Positions 20,731-30,727 of a DNA stretch of 48,621 bases are shown one piece after another (position 1 is the first letter of the stretch; every line of letters starts with the position of its first letter). The DNA lies in the NCBI GenBank assembly GCA_946545475.1, contig CAMNNO010000001.1, positions 1-48,621 of the forward strand, written 5' to 3'. Below the pieces are notes generated by a model, which did no database searches, was not told the origin of the DNA, and saw only the letters and a list, made by a program, of their open reading frames with translations. A program made the position numbers and the translations under genes. Source of the stretch: an uncultured Blautia sp. GTDB lineage: Bacteria > Bacillota > Clostridia > Lachnospirales > Lachnospiraceae.

Positions 20731-21543
20731 ATGAAGCATATCCTTCTGCTGCCGGGAGAGGTGCTGAAAAACCGCAAGCTGGTGCTGCACCTGGCCAGGA
20801 ACGACTTCAAAACTAAATATGCCGGCTCCTACCTCGGCATTATGTGGGCCTTTGTACAGCCGGTGGTGACTATACTGGTCTACTGGTTTGTCTTTTCCGT
20901 GGGCTTCCGGGCGGACGCGGGCGACCTGGGCATTCCCTTCGTCCTCTACCTGGTATCCGGCATCATTCCCTGGTTTTTCTTTCAGGATGCCTTAAACGGC
21001 GGCACAAACGCATTTGTAGAGTACAGCTACCTGGTCAAGAAGGTCGTTTTCAAGATCAGCCTGCTGCCTGTTGTGAAGGTCATATCCGCGGCCTTTGTCC
21101 ACATGTTTTTCGTGCTGTTTACGCTGGTGCTCTTTACCCTTTACGGCTATAAGCCTTCCGTGTACGAGCTGCAGCTTGTCTATTACTTTTTCTGTACCTT
21201 CATGCTGGTCCTGGGGCTTGTCTACCTGACCAGCGCCATCGTTGTCTTTTTCCGGGATCTCAGGGAGATCATCAGCATCCTCCTGCAGGTCTTTATCTGG
21301 CTGACCCCCATCATGTGGGTAGCGGAAACCGCCCTTAAGGATTATCCCTTCCTCCGGCGGCTCCTGCTTTTTAACCCGATGTACTATGTGGTCAACGGCT
21401 ACCGGGAGGCTCTGATCTGGAAGCACTGGTTCTTCCAGAGGCCCGTATGGACGCTGTACTTCTGGGGCTGCGTGGCCGTCCTGTTTGCGGCCGGCAGCTT
21501 TACCTACCACCGCCTGAAACCCCATTTTGCGGATGTGCTTTAA
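20731..21543 (+). CDS. Polysaccharide ABC exporter permease (Wzm/RgpC/TagG family)
   Basis: NDFKTKYAGSYLG, LVKKVVF, FFRD, TPIMW and NP; six TM segments. Confidence 0.92.
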   Translation: MKHILLLPGEVLKNRKLVLHLARNDFKTKYAGSYLGIMWAFVQPVVTILVYWFVFSVGFRADAGDLGIPFVLYLVSGIIPWFFFQDALNGGTNAFVEYSYLVKKVVFKISLLPVVKVISAAFVHMFFVLFTLVLFTLYGYKPSVYELQLVYYFFCTFMLVLGLVYLTSAIVVFFRDLREIISILLQVFIWLTPIMWVAETALKDYPFLRRLLLFNPMYYVVNGYREALIWKHWFFQRPVWTLYFWGCVAVLFAAGSFTYHRLKPHFADVL

Positions 21544-21595
21544 GGCATGGAAACTGGGCGGGAGGGGAGCCTCCCTTCCGTATAAGGACTATTCT

Positions 21596-23773
21596 ATGAG
21601 CAAAACAAGAGGAGACGCGTTTTCTCCCCATTACTATATCGAGGCGGTATCCGCCGACCGGGCCCGCAGGGTTTTCACCCTGCGCGGCTGGGCGGCCGCC
21701 GAAACATTTGTCCATGTGGAACTTTTCGATGACAAGGGCAGGCGCCTTCCGGCGAAAGCCGAGCGCTGCCGCCGGTATGACGTGGAAAGGGTATATGACG
21801 GCCTGGCACCCCTGGATTTCGGCTTCTTTGTGGAAATGCCCCTTCCGGAGGGCAGGCGCGTCACCCTGCGCCTGTGTCCCGAGGTGGGGGAGGATGTGGC
21901 TATCTCGCTCCCCCTTTCAGGGGCGGGCCTTAAGGCCTGGCGCTGCGGGAGGCTGCTGAAAAAGGGCCTTATCCTGCTGAAGGAGAAGGGGGCGGCGGCC
22001 GTTTGGACCCGCTTTTTGGAAAAGGTCAGGAACCACCTCCACAAACCGGTAAGCTACAGCCGTTTTCTTTCTTCACACCTTCCCGATGAGGAAGAGCTAT
22101 CAAAGCAGCGGAAACGTGAATTTGACTCTCCGCCGCTTTTTTCAGTTGTTGTGCCTTTATACCGGACGGACAGGGAATTTTTGTCGGCCATGGTCGAAAG
22201 CGTCAGAAGCCAGACCTACCGGCACTGGGAGCTGATCCTTTCCGACGGAAGCCCGCACCCCTCGCCCCTTGGAGGGTGGCTTTCGGATATCCGGGACAGT
22301 GATGAGCGGATACGCGTCATATCTCCCGGAAAGGAGCCCCTCGGCATATCAGACAACACCAACCGGGCCATCAGCCTGGCAAAAGGAGATTACGTGGCCT
22401 TTCTGGACCACGACGACGTGCTCTGCCCCCATGCCCTCTATGCCTGCGCCGAGGCCATCCTGAGCGCGCGGGGCGATGGAAGAGGGGAGGCGGATGTCAT
22501 CTATTCCGATGAGGATAAGATGGACCTTAAGGGCAAGACCTTCCGGGAGCCGGCCTTCAAGCCGGACTTTGACCCGGACCTCCTTTACAGCGTCAATTAC
22601 ATCTGCCACCTCCTGGTGGTCAGGCGCTCTTTCCTCATGGAGACGGGGCTCCTCCGGGGCGCTTACGACGGCGCCCAGGACTACGACCTGATCCTGCGCC
22701 TGTCCGAGAGGGCGGGGCGGATCATCCATATCCCGCAGATCTTGTATCACTGGCGGTGCCACCAGGAATCCACCTCCCAGAACCCGGAGGCGAAATCCGA
22801 GGCCTTCGAGGCCGGGAGGCGGGCCCTGAATGCCCATTACGAGCGCTGCCGCATCCCCGCCCAGGCCGTGATGGGCGAGTTCCCCGGCCTGTACCGGACG
22901 GTCTACCACTGGCCCCATTCTCCCCTCGTATCCATCCTGATCCCCAATAAGGACCAGGTGCCGGTGCTGAAAAGGTGCCTTATGTCGATCCTGGAAAAGA
23001 CAGAGTATCCCTCCTACGAGATCCTGATCATCGAAAACAACAGCACCCAGGAGGAGACGTTCCGGTTTTACCGGGAAATGTCAGCGGCCGATGAGCGCGT
23101 CCATGTCGTCACCTACCGGGAGGCGTTTAACTACTCGGCCATTAACAATTACGGCGCGGCCAGGGCGTCGGGGGACTACCTGCTCCTTCTCAATAACGAT
23201 ACCGAGGTGATCGATCCGTCCTGGCTTACGGAGCTCATGGGCTACGGCCAGAGGCCGGACGTGGGCATCGTGGGGGCGAGGCTTTACTATCCGGACAACC
23301 GCATCCAGCACGCCGGCGTGGTGCTCGGCTACGGCGGGGTTGCCGGCCACTGCTTTGTGCAGCAGCCCAGGGAGAGCACGGGATACTGCCACCGCATCAT
23401 CTGTGCCCAGGACTACAGCGCCGTGACAGCCGCCTGCATGCTGGTCCGCCGCAGCGTTTACGAGGAGGTGGGCGGCTTTTTTGAAGGGCTCGCCGTGGCC
23501 TTCAACGACGTGGATTTCTGCCTTAAGGTGCGTGAGAAGGGATACCTTGTGGTCTATGATCCTCATGCCCAGCTGATCCACTACGAATCCCTATCCCGCG
23601 GCCTTGAGGATACCCCGGAAAAGCAGGCCCGCTTTGCCCGAGAGATCGCCCTGATAAGGAGTCGGTGGCCGAAAGCCTTTGACACCCCGGATCCCTACTA
23701 CAACCCCAACCTGTCCTTGGAGACCCAGGACTTTTCCATTAAGAGAAATGACACCCGCAAGCGCAAAAAATAA
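21596..23773 (+). CDS. Tandem GT2 glycosyltransferase
   Basis: Two GT-A domains (SVVVPLY...DHDD...DGAQDYD; SILIPNKD...LLNND...AFNDVD). Start at 21596 follows an AAGGA RBS. Confidence 0.9.
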   Translation: MSKTRGDAFSPHYYIEAVSADRARRVFTLRGWAAAETFVHVELFDDKGRRLPAKAERCRRYDVERVYDGLAPLDFGFFVEMPLPEGRRVTLRLCPEVGEDVAISLPLSGAGLKAWRCGRLLKKGLILLKEKGAAAVWTRFLEKVRNHLHKPVSYSRFLSSHLPDEEELSKQRKREFDSPPLFSVVVPLYRTDREFLSAMVESVRSQTYRHWELILSDGSPHPSPLGGWLSDIRDSDERIRVISPGKEPLGISDNTNRAISLAKGDYVAFLDHDDVLCPHALYACAEAILSARGDGRGEADVIYSDEDKMDLKGKTFREPAFKPDFDPDLLYSVNYICHLLVVRRSFLMETGLLRGAYDGAQDYDLILRLSERAGRIIHIPQILYHWRCHQESTSQNPEAKSEAFEAGRRALNAHYERCRIPAQAVMGEFPGLYRTVYHWPHSPLVSILIPNKDQVPVLKRCLMSILEKTEYPSYEILIIENNSTQEETFRFYREMSAADERVHVVTYREAFNYSAINNYGAARASGDYLLLLNNDTEVIDPSWLTELMGYGQRPDVGIVGARLYYPDNRIQHAGVVLGYGGVAGHCFVQQPRESTGYCHRIICAQDYSAVTAACMLVRRSVYEEVGGFFEGLAVAFNDVDFCLKVREKGYLVVYDPHAQLIHYESLSRGLEDTPEKQARFAREIALIRSRWPKAFDTPDPYYNPNLSLETQDFSIKRNDTRKRKK

Positions 23774-23873
23774 TGTTTTCGGACTGGTAGTAGGCACTTT
23801 AGTGACCGCACAGGTCGAATGTTTTTATGTGTTTGCTGGGGGATACATCTGATACTCATCAAGGAGGAATGGC

Positions 23874-26800
23874 ATGAGGATAAAGAAAGACAGACATTTA
23901 AAATACCTGGCCATAGGCCTGGCCGCTTCTCTTTTCATACAGCCGGCGCCCGCCGCGGCTCTGTCCCTGGATGATGGCGGGAATGACATCAGCTTTGACG
24001 AGCTGCTGTCCGACGGCACCGGTTTTGTTCCCGCCATGGAAGAAGGCACGCCTGTAAGCGAAAGCGCAGCCGCCCTGCCGATAGAGGAATACGAAGGCGA
24101 TGCCGTCGCCGAAAGCGCCTATGGCGAAGAAAACGGATCGGGCCAGGGCCTTTGGGAAGAGGGTATAGAAGCGCCCATAAGCCTGGAAGAGGAGGAGCTT
24201 AGGGAGACAACGGAAACCTCTTTCGTGGAAGCCGGGGCCTATGACCAGCTCACCGATGGACTGGCCGACGGGCTGAGCATAGAAGAGACTCTTTCCGGCG
24301 ACATCATTTCCGGCGGCCTTATCATGGAAGACGCCCCGTCCGACGAGCTCTCATCCGGGCTTTCCGGCGATCCGGACAATAACGGCATCCGCTATGTGCT
24401 GGGCCGCCCCATGACCGAAGAAGAGGAGATGGCGGTCTTTGCGCCGTTTGTCACTCTGCCGGAGGCCGTCCCGGCCTTTGAGGTCGGCTCCTCGGCGGTG
24501 GACGAGGTGCCGGGCGTTTACGCGGCCAGCCTTCCCACAGCCTTCGACGCCCGCTCGGCCGGCATCGTCACGGTGCCCAAAAATCAGGGCTCCTACCAGG
24601 ACTGCTGGGCCTTCACCCTGGCCTCCATCATGGAGACATCCCTTCTCAAGCAGGGCCTGGGCGCCTTTGACCTTTCGGAGGAGCATCTGGCCTTCTTCTG
24701 GGCCAACCGCATGAACGACCCGCTGGGAAATACGCCCTACGACTTTAACTACCATACCCACGCCGACTACCGGAACGGCGGCAACCCCTACACGGCCGCC
24801 ATGTTCCTTTCCACCTGGTCGGGCATGGCCCTGGACAGCGCCTATCCCACGCCCACGTCCTGGAGCGAAAACCTGCGCCGGAGGGCGGCCTACGATACGG
24901 CCGCCTGCCTTAAGGACGCCGTGTTTTCCGATTACTATACCGTGGAGAGGACTAAGCAGCTGGTGCGCTACTATGGCTCCGCCAGCACCCTCATCTACCT
25001 TGACCGGAGCAACATGGCCCGCTACTTTAATGCCAGCACCATGGCCTACTGCTATCCCTACTCATCCGGCGTGAACCATGCAGTGACCATTGTGGGATGG
25101 GACGATACCTTCTCCAAAAACAACTTCGCCGCGGGGTCGGGCGTGTCCGGCGACGGGGCCTGGATCGTTAAGAACAGCTGGGGTCCCAACTGGGGCGACG
25201 GCGGTTTTTTCTACGTTTCCTACCAGGACGCCAGCCTGACCAACATCCTCTGCGCCACGGCGGAAGCAAACCCTCTGTACGCCAACAACTACTTTTACGA
25301 CGGCTCCGCAGGCCTTGAGTATGTGCGCCTGGACAGCGGCGAATCGGTGGCGGTCATCTTCACCGCCAAAGCCGGGAACGGCTATGTGGAAGCCCTGGGC
25401 GAGGTGGCTACCGCCATCCGGGGCGACGGCAGCAGCCTCACCGTCCAGGTCTACACCGACCTTCAGGACCCGGCCGACCCCTTGAGCGGCACGCCCGCCT
25501 ACGCAAAGCCGGCAAAATATACCCAGACCTACGCCGGGATCGATACCTTTACCGTTCCCGAAGTGCTGATCAACCCGGGCAGCCGCTTCTCCGTTGTCAT
25601 CACCAACGCCGGCAGCAGCGCCATCCGCTACTGCGTGGAAAAGAGCATCGCCTACGACGTGACCAGCACCTACAAATGGTGTACCCTGACAGCCGGCATC
25701 GCCTACGGCGAGGGCTTTATCGGCACCTCCGACGGCCAGGGCGGCATTCAGTATACCGACATGGCGCAAAGCGGCACATGCCCGCGCATCAAAGTCCACA
25801 CCCGGACGACCGATACCTATGTGGCCCTTGAAGCGGAAACGGCCGAGCTTACCCTGACGCCGGGACAGGCCTATCAGCTGTCCCCGTCTGTCACGCCGGC
25901 CTCCTACGCCGGCGCCGGCCTAACCTTCGTCTCGCAGAACCCGGATATCGCATCGGTCTCCGCAAACGGAAGGGTCAGCGCCAGGAAGCCTGGCCGGGCG
26001 CAGATAACGGTAACTGTAAACGGATACTCCTATCTGACAGCCTCCTATACCGTGCTGGTCCTCCCGGAGGCTCCGCAGAGCCTTTCGGTCAGCGCCAACA
26101 GCTATAGCAGCATGACCGTCGCCTGGTCCCAGGTGGCGGGAGCGGACGGCTACCAGGTGTTCCGGCGGGAGAAGGGGCTCTCCGTAAAAGGCATAGGCTC
26201 GGTCAAGGCCAGCACCACTGCCTTCGAGGACAAAGAAAAGGAAGGCTTTGCCTTCAAACCGGGCATCTGGGTGCAGTATTACGTCAAGGCCTATGTGCTG
26301 ATCGACGGCGAGCGCTATTATGGCGGGGCCTCCCCCACCCAGATGATCACGCCGGCCCTGAGCCGGACCGTCGTTAAGGCCAGGACCTATAAGAGCCTCC
26401 ACAACCTGGTCATGTGGAACCCGGTGAAGGGCGCGGACGGCTATCTCATTTATCACAGCCGGAACGGCGGCGCCTATGAACTGGTGGAGGATGTCCCATC
26501 CGATGCCGCCCGCCAGGTCAGGGAGAAAAACCTGGCCTCCTATGACCACTACCAGTATAAGGTCGTGCCCTACCGGACCATAGAGGGCGTCCAGTATACG
26601 GGCGTGGAATCCTTCAGCGAGGAGATCATCGTGACCGCCCCCAAGGTCTACATCGCCAGCGTCACAGAGCAGGAGGGCGGCGGCATACGCCTCCAGTGGT
26701 CCATGAGGAGCCAGAGCGACGGCTACGTCATCTACCGCAGGGAAGAGGGGCAGAGCTTTGTCCTGCTCAGGGAGATCAGGGAAGGCCAAAAGCGCCTCTT

Positions 26801-26927
26801 TATCGATAAAAACGTCGTTTCGGGCAAAACCTACCAGTATTACGTTGCCGCCTACGTCGAAGAGCCCTACGGCCCGGTCTACAGCAACTACCAGATCAGC
26901 TCTCCCTTCACCTATACGGGGAGCTGA
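23874..26927 (+). CDS. Secreted papain-family (C1A) cysteine peptidase with lectin-like, Ig-like and FN3-like domains
   Basis: QGSYQDCWAF (catalytic Cys), NHAVTIVGWDD (His), KNSWG (Asn). Signal peptide, acidic N-terminus and repeated W..V.GADGY..YR FN3 units. Confidence 0.9.
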   Translation: MRIKKDRHLKYLAIGLAASLFIQPAPAAALSLDDGGNDISFDELLSDGTGFVPAMEEGTPVSESAAALPIEEYEGDAVAESAYGEENGSGQGLWEEGIEAPISLEEEELRETTETSFVEAGAYDQLTDGLADGLSIEETLSGDIISGGLIMEDAPSDELSSGLSGDPDNNGIRYVLGRPMTEEEEMAVFAPFVTLPEAVPAFEVGSSAVDEVPGVYAASLPTAFDARSAGIVTVPKNQGSYQDCWAFTLASIMETSLLKQGLGAFDLSEEHLAFFWANRMNDPLGNTPYDFNYHTHADYRNGGNPYTAAMFLSTWSGMALDSAYPTPTSWSENLRRRAAYDTAACLKDAVFSDYYTVERTKQLVRYYGSASTLIYLDRSNMARYFNASTMAYCYPYSSGVNHAVTIVGWDDTFSKNNFAAGSGVSGDGAWIVKNSWGPNWGDGGFFYVSYQDASLTNILCATAEANPLYANNYFYDGSAGLEYVRLDSGESVAVIFTAKAGNGYVEALGEVATAIRGDGSSLTVQVYTDLQDPADPLSGTPAYAKPAKYTQTYAGIDTFTVPEVLINPGSRFSVVITNAGSSAIRYCVEKSIAYDVTSTYKWCTLTAGIAYGEGFIGTSDGQGGIQYTDMAQSGTCPRIKVHTRTTDTYVALEAETAELTLTPGQAYQLSPSVTPASYAGAGLTFVSQNPDIASVSANGRVSARKPGRAQITVTVNGYSYLTASYTVLVLPEAPQSLSVSANSYSSMTVAWSQVAGADGYQVFRREKGLSVKGIGSVKASTTAFEDKEKEGFAFKPGIWVQYYVKAYVLIDGERYYGGASPTQMITPALSRTVVKARTYKSLHNLVMWNPVKGADGYLIYHSRNGGAYELVEDVPSDAARQVREKNLASYDHYQYKVVPYRTIEGVQYTGVESFSEEIIVTAPKVYIASVTEQEGGGIRLQWSMRSQSDGYVIYRREEGQSFVLLREIREGQKRLFIDKNVVSGKTYQYYVAAYVEEPYGPVYSNYQISSPFTYTGS

Positions 26928-26974
26928 GAACGTGAATAGTAACCGTTTTATTCGTCTGTGATATCATTTATGTC

Positions 26975-27004
26975 TTGCTTTTCACAATTTAGAGTGCTAA
27001 AATA
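26975..27004 (+). promoter_or_regulatory. Promoter overlapped by a HisR/YerC-like palindromic operator
   Basis: TTGCTT (26975-26980), 17 bp, extended -10 TGcTAAAAT. Palindrome CAATTTAGAGTGCTAAAATA (TTTA-N6-TAAA) at 26985-27004. Confidence 0.6.
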
Positions 27005-27047
27005 TTAGGCATGTTATGACGAAAAAACATCATAAAGGAGAGTTGAC

Positions 27048-27407
27048 ATGAGCAAGACTATCAGGACAGAGGCGGTGGACCGCCTGTTTGAAGCGATTCT
27101 TTGCTTAAAGGACAAGGAGGAATGCTATACCTTCTTCGAGGATGTGTGTACCGTTAATGAACTGCTGTCGCTATCCCAGCGCTTTGAGGTAGCGCGGATG
27201 CTGATGGACCACCGCACCTATCTGGATATATCCGAAAAAACCGGTGCATCCACGGCGACCATCAGCCGCGTCAACCGCTCGGTCATTTACGGCAACGACG
27301 GCTACGAGCTGGTATTCTCCCGCATGATAGAAAAAGGCGTCATGCCTCCCTTCCGCAGCGAGGAAAGCGCGCCTTCCCATAAAGAAGAAGGCGGAGAGGA
27401 AGCCTGA
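27048..27407 (+). CDS. yerC: YerC/YecD (TrpR-like, HisR) transcriptional regulator
   Basis: FFEDVCTVNELLSLSQR and HTH TGASTATISRVNR; lies near pcrA. Confidence 0.92.
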   Translation: MSKTIRTEAVDRLFEAILCLKDKEECYTFFEDVCTVNELLSLSQRFEVARMLMDHRTYLDISEKTGASTATISRVNRSVIYGNDGYELVFSRMIEKGVMPPFRSEESAPSHKEEGGEEA

Positions 27408-27426
27408 GCGCGCACGGATCTTCCAT

Positions 27427-27450
27427 GAACATGTGTTCGAAAATGCGTTC
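27427..27450. promoter_or_regulatory. Two adjacent LexA (SOS/Cheo) box-like sites
   Basis: GAAC-ATGT-GTTC (27427-27438), followed immediately by GAAA-ATGC-GTTC (27439-27450). Confidence 0.5.
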
Positions 27451-27475
27451 GCTATATAACACGGGCTTTCCCGAC

Positions 27476-27505
27476 AAAAAAGGACAGGAGCGTATCCTGT
27501 CCTTT
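27476..27505 (-). terminator. Intrinsic terminator between convergent yerC and DUF1836 genes
   Basis: AAAGGACAGGA-gcgta-TCCTGTCCTTT; the A-run gives a U-tail on the minus strand. Confidence 0.75.
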
Positions 27506-27523
27506 CGCGGCAAAACGGGAAAA

Positions 27524-28240
27524 TTATCTGGCTGTTTTGCCCTTGTCCCTGCCCTTTCCCTTTTCGTCCTCCCGGGACCTGGCGCTTTCGGAAAGCCGCA
27601 TATCGTCAATGAGCTGCTCCAGGATCACCTTTTTCATGTAAACATCAAAGCTGAGCAGGCAGATGAAGGCAAAACGCTGCAGGGACGGCCGCGCCTCTTC
27701 CGGGGCGTCCAGGAAGGAATCCCCGGCGATATTGGCCCGCCGGATGAGGTCCGGCAGAAGGTTCCCGGCCTGGATATTCACCGTGCGGAAGATCTCGTTA
27801 TAGATGGAGAGCATATCCAGGGAAGGCTCCGCGGAAGAGGAGGCGCTGTCCGTTTTATGGGATGCGCGCGAAGGCTTCCTGGCGTCATCGCCTGTCCGGA
27901 AATATTTTTCGGCCAAGGGTGATAAAAGGGTCTGGATATCGCTGATGGACAGGATATTCTTAAAATAATAGATAAAGGTCAGCATCAGGATATGCTCCCG
28001 GGAGTACCTTTTTTTATCCGGGGGAGGCAGGAGCTTGTTTTTGGCATAGTTGTTGATCATGGTCTTGGTCAGGATCTTATCCTCCGGCTTCCGGCGGGTG
28101 GAGGAGAGCTGCTCATCCATAAAGGTGGTGACCTGGTCCATATACAGGTCAATGTTAGGCAGGTCTTCTGGCCGGATATAATCGATCTGCCGGGCTTTCT
28201 CCATAACCTGCCGGATAATGCCTTTCATTTCATCTGTCAT
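27524..28240 (-). CDS. DUF1836 domain protein
   Basis: LPNIDLYMDQV...LTKTMINNYAK..LLPPP.KKRYS motif. ATG at 28240 has an AAGGAG RBS. Confidence 0.88.
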   Translation of the reverse strand: MTDEMKGIIRQVMEKARQIDYIRPEDLPNIDLYMDQVTTFMDEQLSSTRRKPEDKILTKTMINNYAKNKLLPPPDKKRYSREHILMLTFIYYFKNILSISDIQTLLSPLAEKYFRTGDDARKPSRASHKTDSASSSAEPSLDMLSIYNEIFRTVNIQAGNLLPDLIRRANIAGDSFLDAPEEARPSLQRFAFICLLSFDVYMKKVILEQLIDDMRLSESARSREDEKGKGRDKGKTAR

Positions 28241-28397
28241 GTAAAGAATCTCCTTATTTGCAGCAACGTTCATTAAAAGATTATAGATAAAAAAGAACAA
28301 AAAGTAAATTGTTTTCTGCTAAAAAGTTTTTTGTTGCCTCTCTTTCCTGTAACCTGGAAAGGGGTCTGACCTCATTTCTTTTGAAGAGGAAAATCGT

Positions 28398-30632
28398 ATG
28401 AGCATCTACGAAAATTTAAATCCGCCCCAGAAGGAGGCCGTCCTTTATACCGAAGGCCCCCTGCTCATCCTGGCGGGCGCCGGGTCGGGAAAGACAAGGG
28501 TCCTGACTCACAGGATCGCCTATCTTATCGAAGAAAAAGGCGTGAATCCCTGGAACATCCTGGCCATCACCTTTACCAACAAGGCCGCCCAGGAAATGCG
28601 GGAAAGGGTCGATAACCTGGTCGGCATGGGAGCGGAAAGCATCTGGGTGTCCACCTTCCACTCCGCATGTGTCCGTATCCTGCGTCGGCATATCGACCTG
28701 CTGGGATACGATAACCACTTCGTCATTTATGACACCGACGACCAGAAGAGCCTGATGAAGGAGGTCATATCCCTCCTGCGCCTGGACCCCAAGGAATACC
28801 GGGAGAGGGGCCTTATGGCCTATGTCTCCCACGCCAAGGACTCCCTGAAAACCCCGGACGACTGCGCCAAAGAGGCCGGAAGGGATGAAAACGAGCAGAA
28901 GTACGCCAGCGCCTACCGGGAATACCAGCGCCTCCTGGTCAAAAACAACGCCCTGGACTTTGACGACCTGCTTGTCAAGACCGTGGACCTGTTCCAAAAG
29001 CATCCCGAGGTGCTGGAATACTATCAGGAACGCTTTCGCTATATCCTGGTGGACGAGTATCAGGACACCAATACCGCCCAGTTTGAGATGCTCTCACTCC
29101 TGGCCGAGCGCTACCGGAACATCTGCGTGGTGGGCGACGACGACCAGTCCATATACAAATTCCGGGGCGCCAATATTCACAACATCCTGGGCTTTGAGGA
29201 CAACTACCCCGAGGCCAAGGTCGTCCGCCTGGAGCAGAATTACCGGTCGACGAAAAATATCCTGGCGGCCGCCAACAGCGTCATCGCCAACAACACCATG
29301 CGCAAGGACAAAACCCTCTGGACTGATAACCCCGAGGGGAAGCTGGTGGCCTTCCGCCAGTTCCACAACGGCTACGAGGAAGCCGAGTATATCGCCGGCG
29401 AGATCAGCCAGGCCGTGGCGAAGGGAGAGGCCTCCTGCCGGGACTTTGCCATCCTTTACCGGACCAACGCCCAGTCCCGCCTGTTTGAGGAAAAGCTGCT
29501 GACGGCGAACATCCCCTATAAGCTTGTAGGCGGCCTCAATTTCTATGCCCGCAAGGAGATCAAGGACCTTCTGTGCTATCTTAAGACCGTCGACAACGCC
29601 AGGGACGACCTGGCGGTCCGCCGCATTCTGAACGTGCCCCGCCGGGGTATCGGAAATACCACCCAGGAGCGGGTGCTCGCCTATGCCGCCGAGATGAACA
29701 TCAGCTTTTACGAAGCCCTGAGGGTATCCGAGGAGATCCCCTACCTTGGGCGCAGCCAGCCCAAGATCGACGACTTTGTCACCTTCATCCAGTCGCTGAA
29801 GACCAAGGCGGAAAGCTATACGGTCCGCGAGCTCCTTGAGGACATCATAGAGCTTACCGGCTACCGGGATGAGCTTATAAAGGAAGGCACCGAGGAGGCT
29901 AAGAGCCGCATAGAAAACATCGACGAGTTGATCTCCAAGGCCCAGTCCTACCAGGATGCCATGGAAGAGGAAAACCGTCCCGCCACGTTGTCCGGCTTCC
30001 TGGCGGAGGTCGCCCTTGTGGCGGATATCGATTCGGTGGACGACTCCCAGGATTATGTGCTGCTGATGACGATCCACAGCGCTAAAGGCCTGGAATTTCC
30101 CCGCGTGTTCATGGCTGGCATGGAAGAGGGGCTGTTTCCAGGCTTCTTAGGCTTCGGGAAGGAAGAGGATGAAAACCTGGCGGAGGAGAGGCGCCTTTGC
30201 TATGTGGGCATTACCCGTGCCATGCAGGAACTGACGCTGACATGCGCCAGGGAGAGGATGATGCGCGGCGAGACCAAGTTCCACCGCATCTCCCGCTTTG
30301 TGGAGGAGATCCCCCGGGAGCTGGTGGACATGGGCCAGAAGACGGTGGAGAAAAAGCCGAAGTTTGATGAAAAGTATAACGCCCGCACGGCCTACGCCGA
30401 GATGAAAAAGGCCTTCCAGGCCAAGCCCTACGAAAAGAGCGAGCCCAAGAAGGCGAGCGTCAAAGCCCCCTGCGGCTACGATGTCGGCGACACGGTCCGG
30501 CACGCTAAATTCGGGGTGGGCATCGTCCTTGAGATCAAGGACGGCGGCCGGGACTACGAGGTGACCGTCGACTTTGAAACCGCCGGCCGCCGCAAAATGT
30601 TCGCCGGCTTCGCCGCTCTGCAAAAAGTATGA
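28398..30632 (+). CDS. pcrA: ATP-dependent DNA helicase PcrA
   Basis: AGAGSGKT, TFTNKAA, DEYQDTN, VGDDDQSIY, QNYRST, HSAKGLEF and EERRL; C-terminal Tudor-like domain. Confidence 0.97.
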   Translation: MSIYENLNPPQKEAVLYTEGPLLILAGAGSGKTRVLTHRIAYLIEEKGVNPWNILAITFTNKAAQEMRERVDNLVGMGAESIWVSTFHSACVRILRRHIDLLGYDNHFVIYDTDDQKSLMKEVISLLRLDPKEYRERGLMAYVSHAKDSLKTPDDCAKEAGRDENEQKYASAYREYQRLLVKNNALDFDDLLVKTVDLFQKHPEVLEYYQERFRYILVDEYQDTNTAQFEMLSLLAERYRNICVVGDDDQSIYKFRGANIHNILGFEDNYPEAKVVRLEQNYRSTKNILAAANSVIANNTMRKDKTLWTDNPEGKLVAFRQFHNGYEEAEYIAGEISQAVAKGEASCRDFAILYRTNAQSRLFEEKLLTANIPYKLVGGLNFYARKEIKDLLCYLKTVDNARDDLAVRRILNVPRRGIGNTTQERVLAYAAEMNISFYEALRVSEEIPYLGRSQPKIDDFVTFIQSLKTKAESYTVRELLEDIIELTGYRDELIKEGTEEAKSRIENIDELISKAQSYQDAMEEENRPATLSGFLAEVALVADIDSVDDSQDYVLLMTIHSAKGLEFPRVFMAGMEEGLFPGFLGFGKEEDENLAEERRLCYVGITRAMQELTLTCARERMMRGETKFHRISRFVEEIPRELVDMGQKTVEKKPKFDEKYNARTAYAEMKKAFQAKPYEKSEPKKASVKAPCGYDVGDTVRHAKFGVGIVLEIKDGGRDYEVTVDFETAGRRKMFAGFAALQKV

Positions 30633-30727
30633 AATAGAGCGCATGCGGGCGGCAGCAGGGCCGGGCCTTCCTGCCGCCTGCCGGCAATTCAACGATAACG
30701 ATAACGATAAAAGGAAAGGAGCCTCAT

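Noticed and set aside
27425-27922. 165-aa plus-strand ORF starting at the SOS-like boxes
   Set aside because: It has no RBS, crosses a terminator and is antisense to DUF1836.
28361-28373. GGGGTCTGACCTC REP-like mini-palindrome before pcrA
   Set aside because: It is short, imperfect and seen only once in the window.
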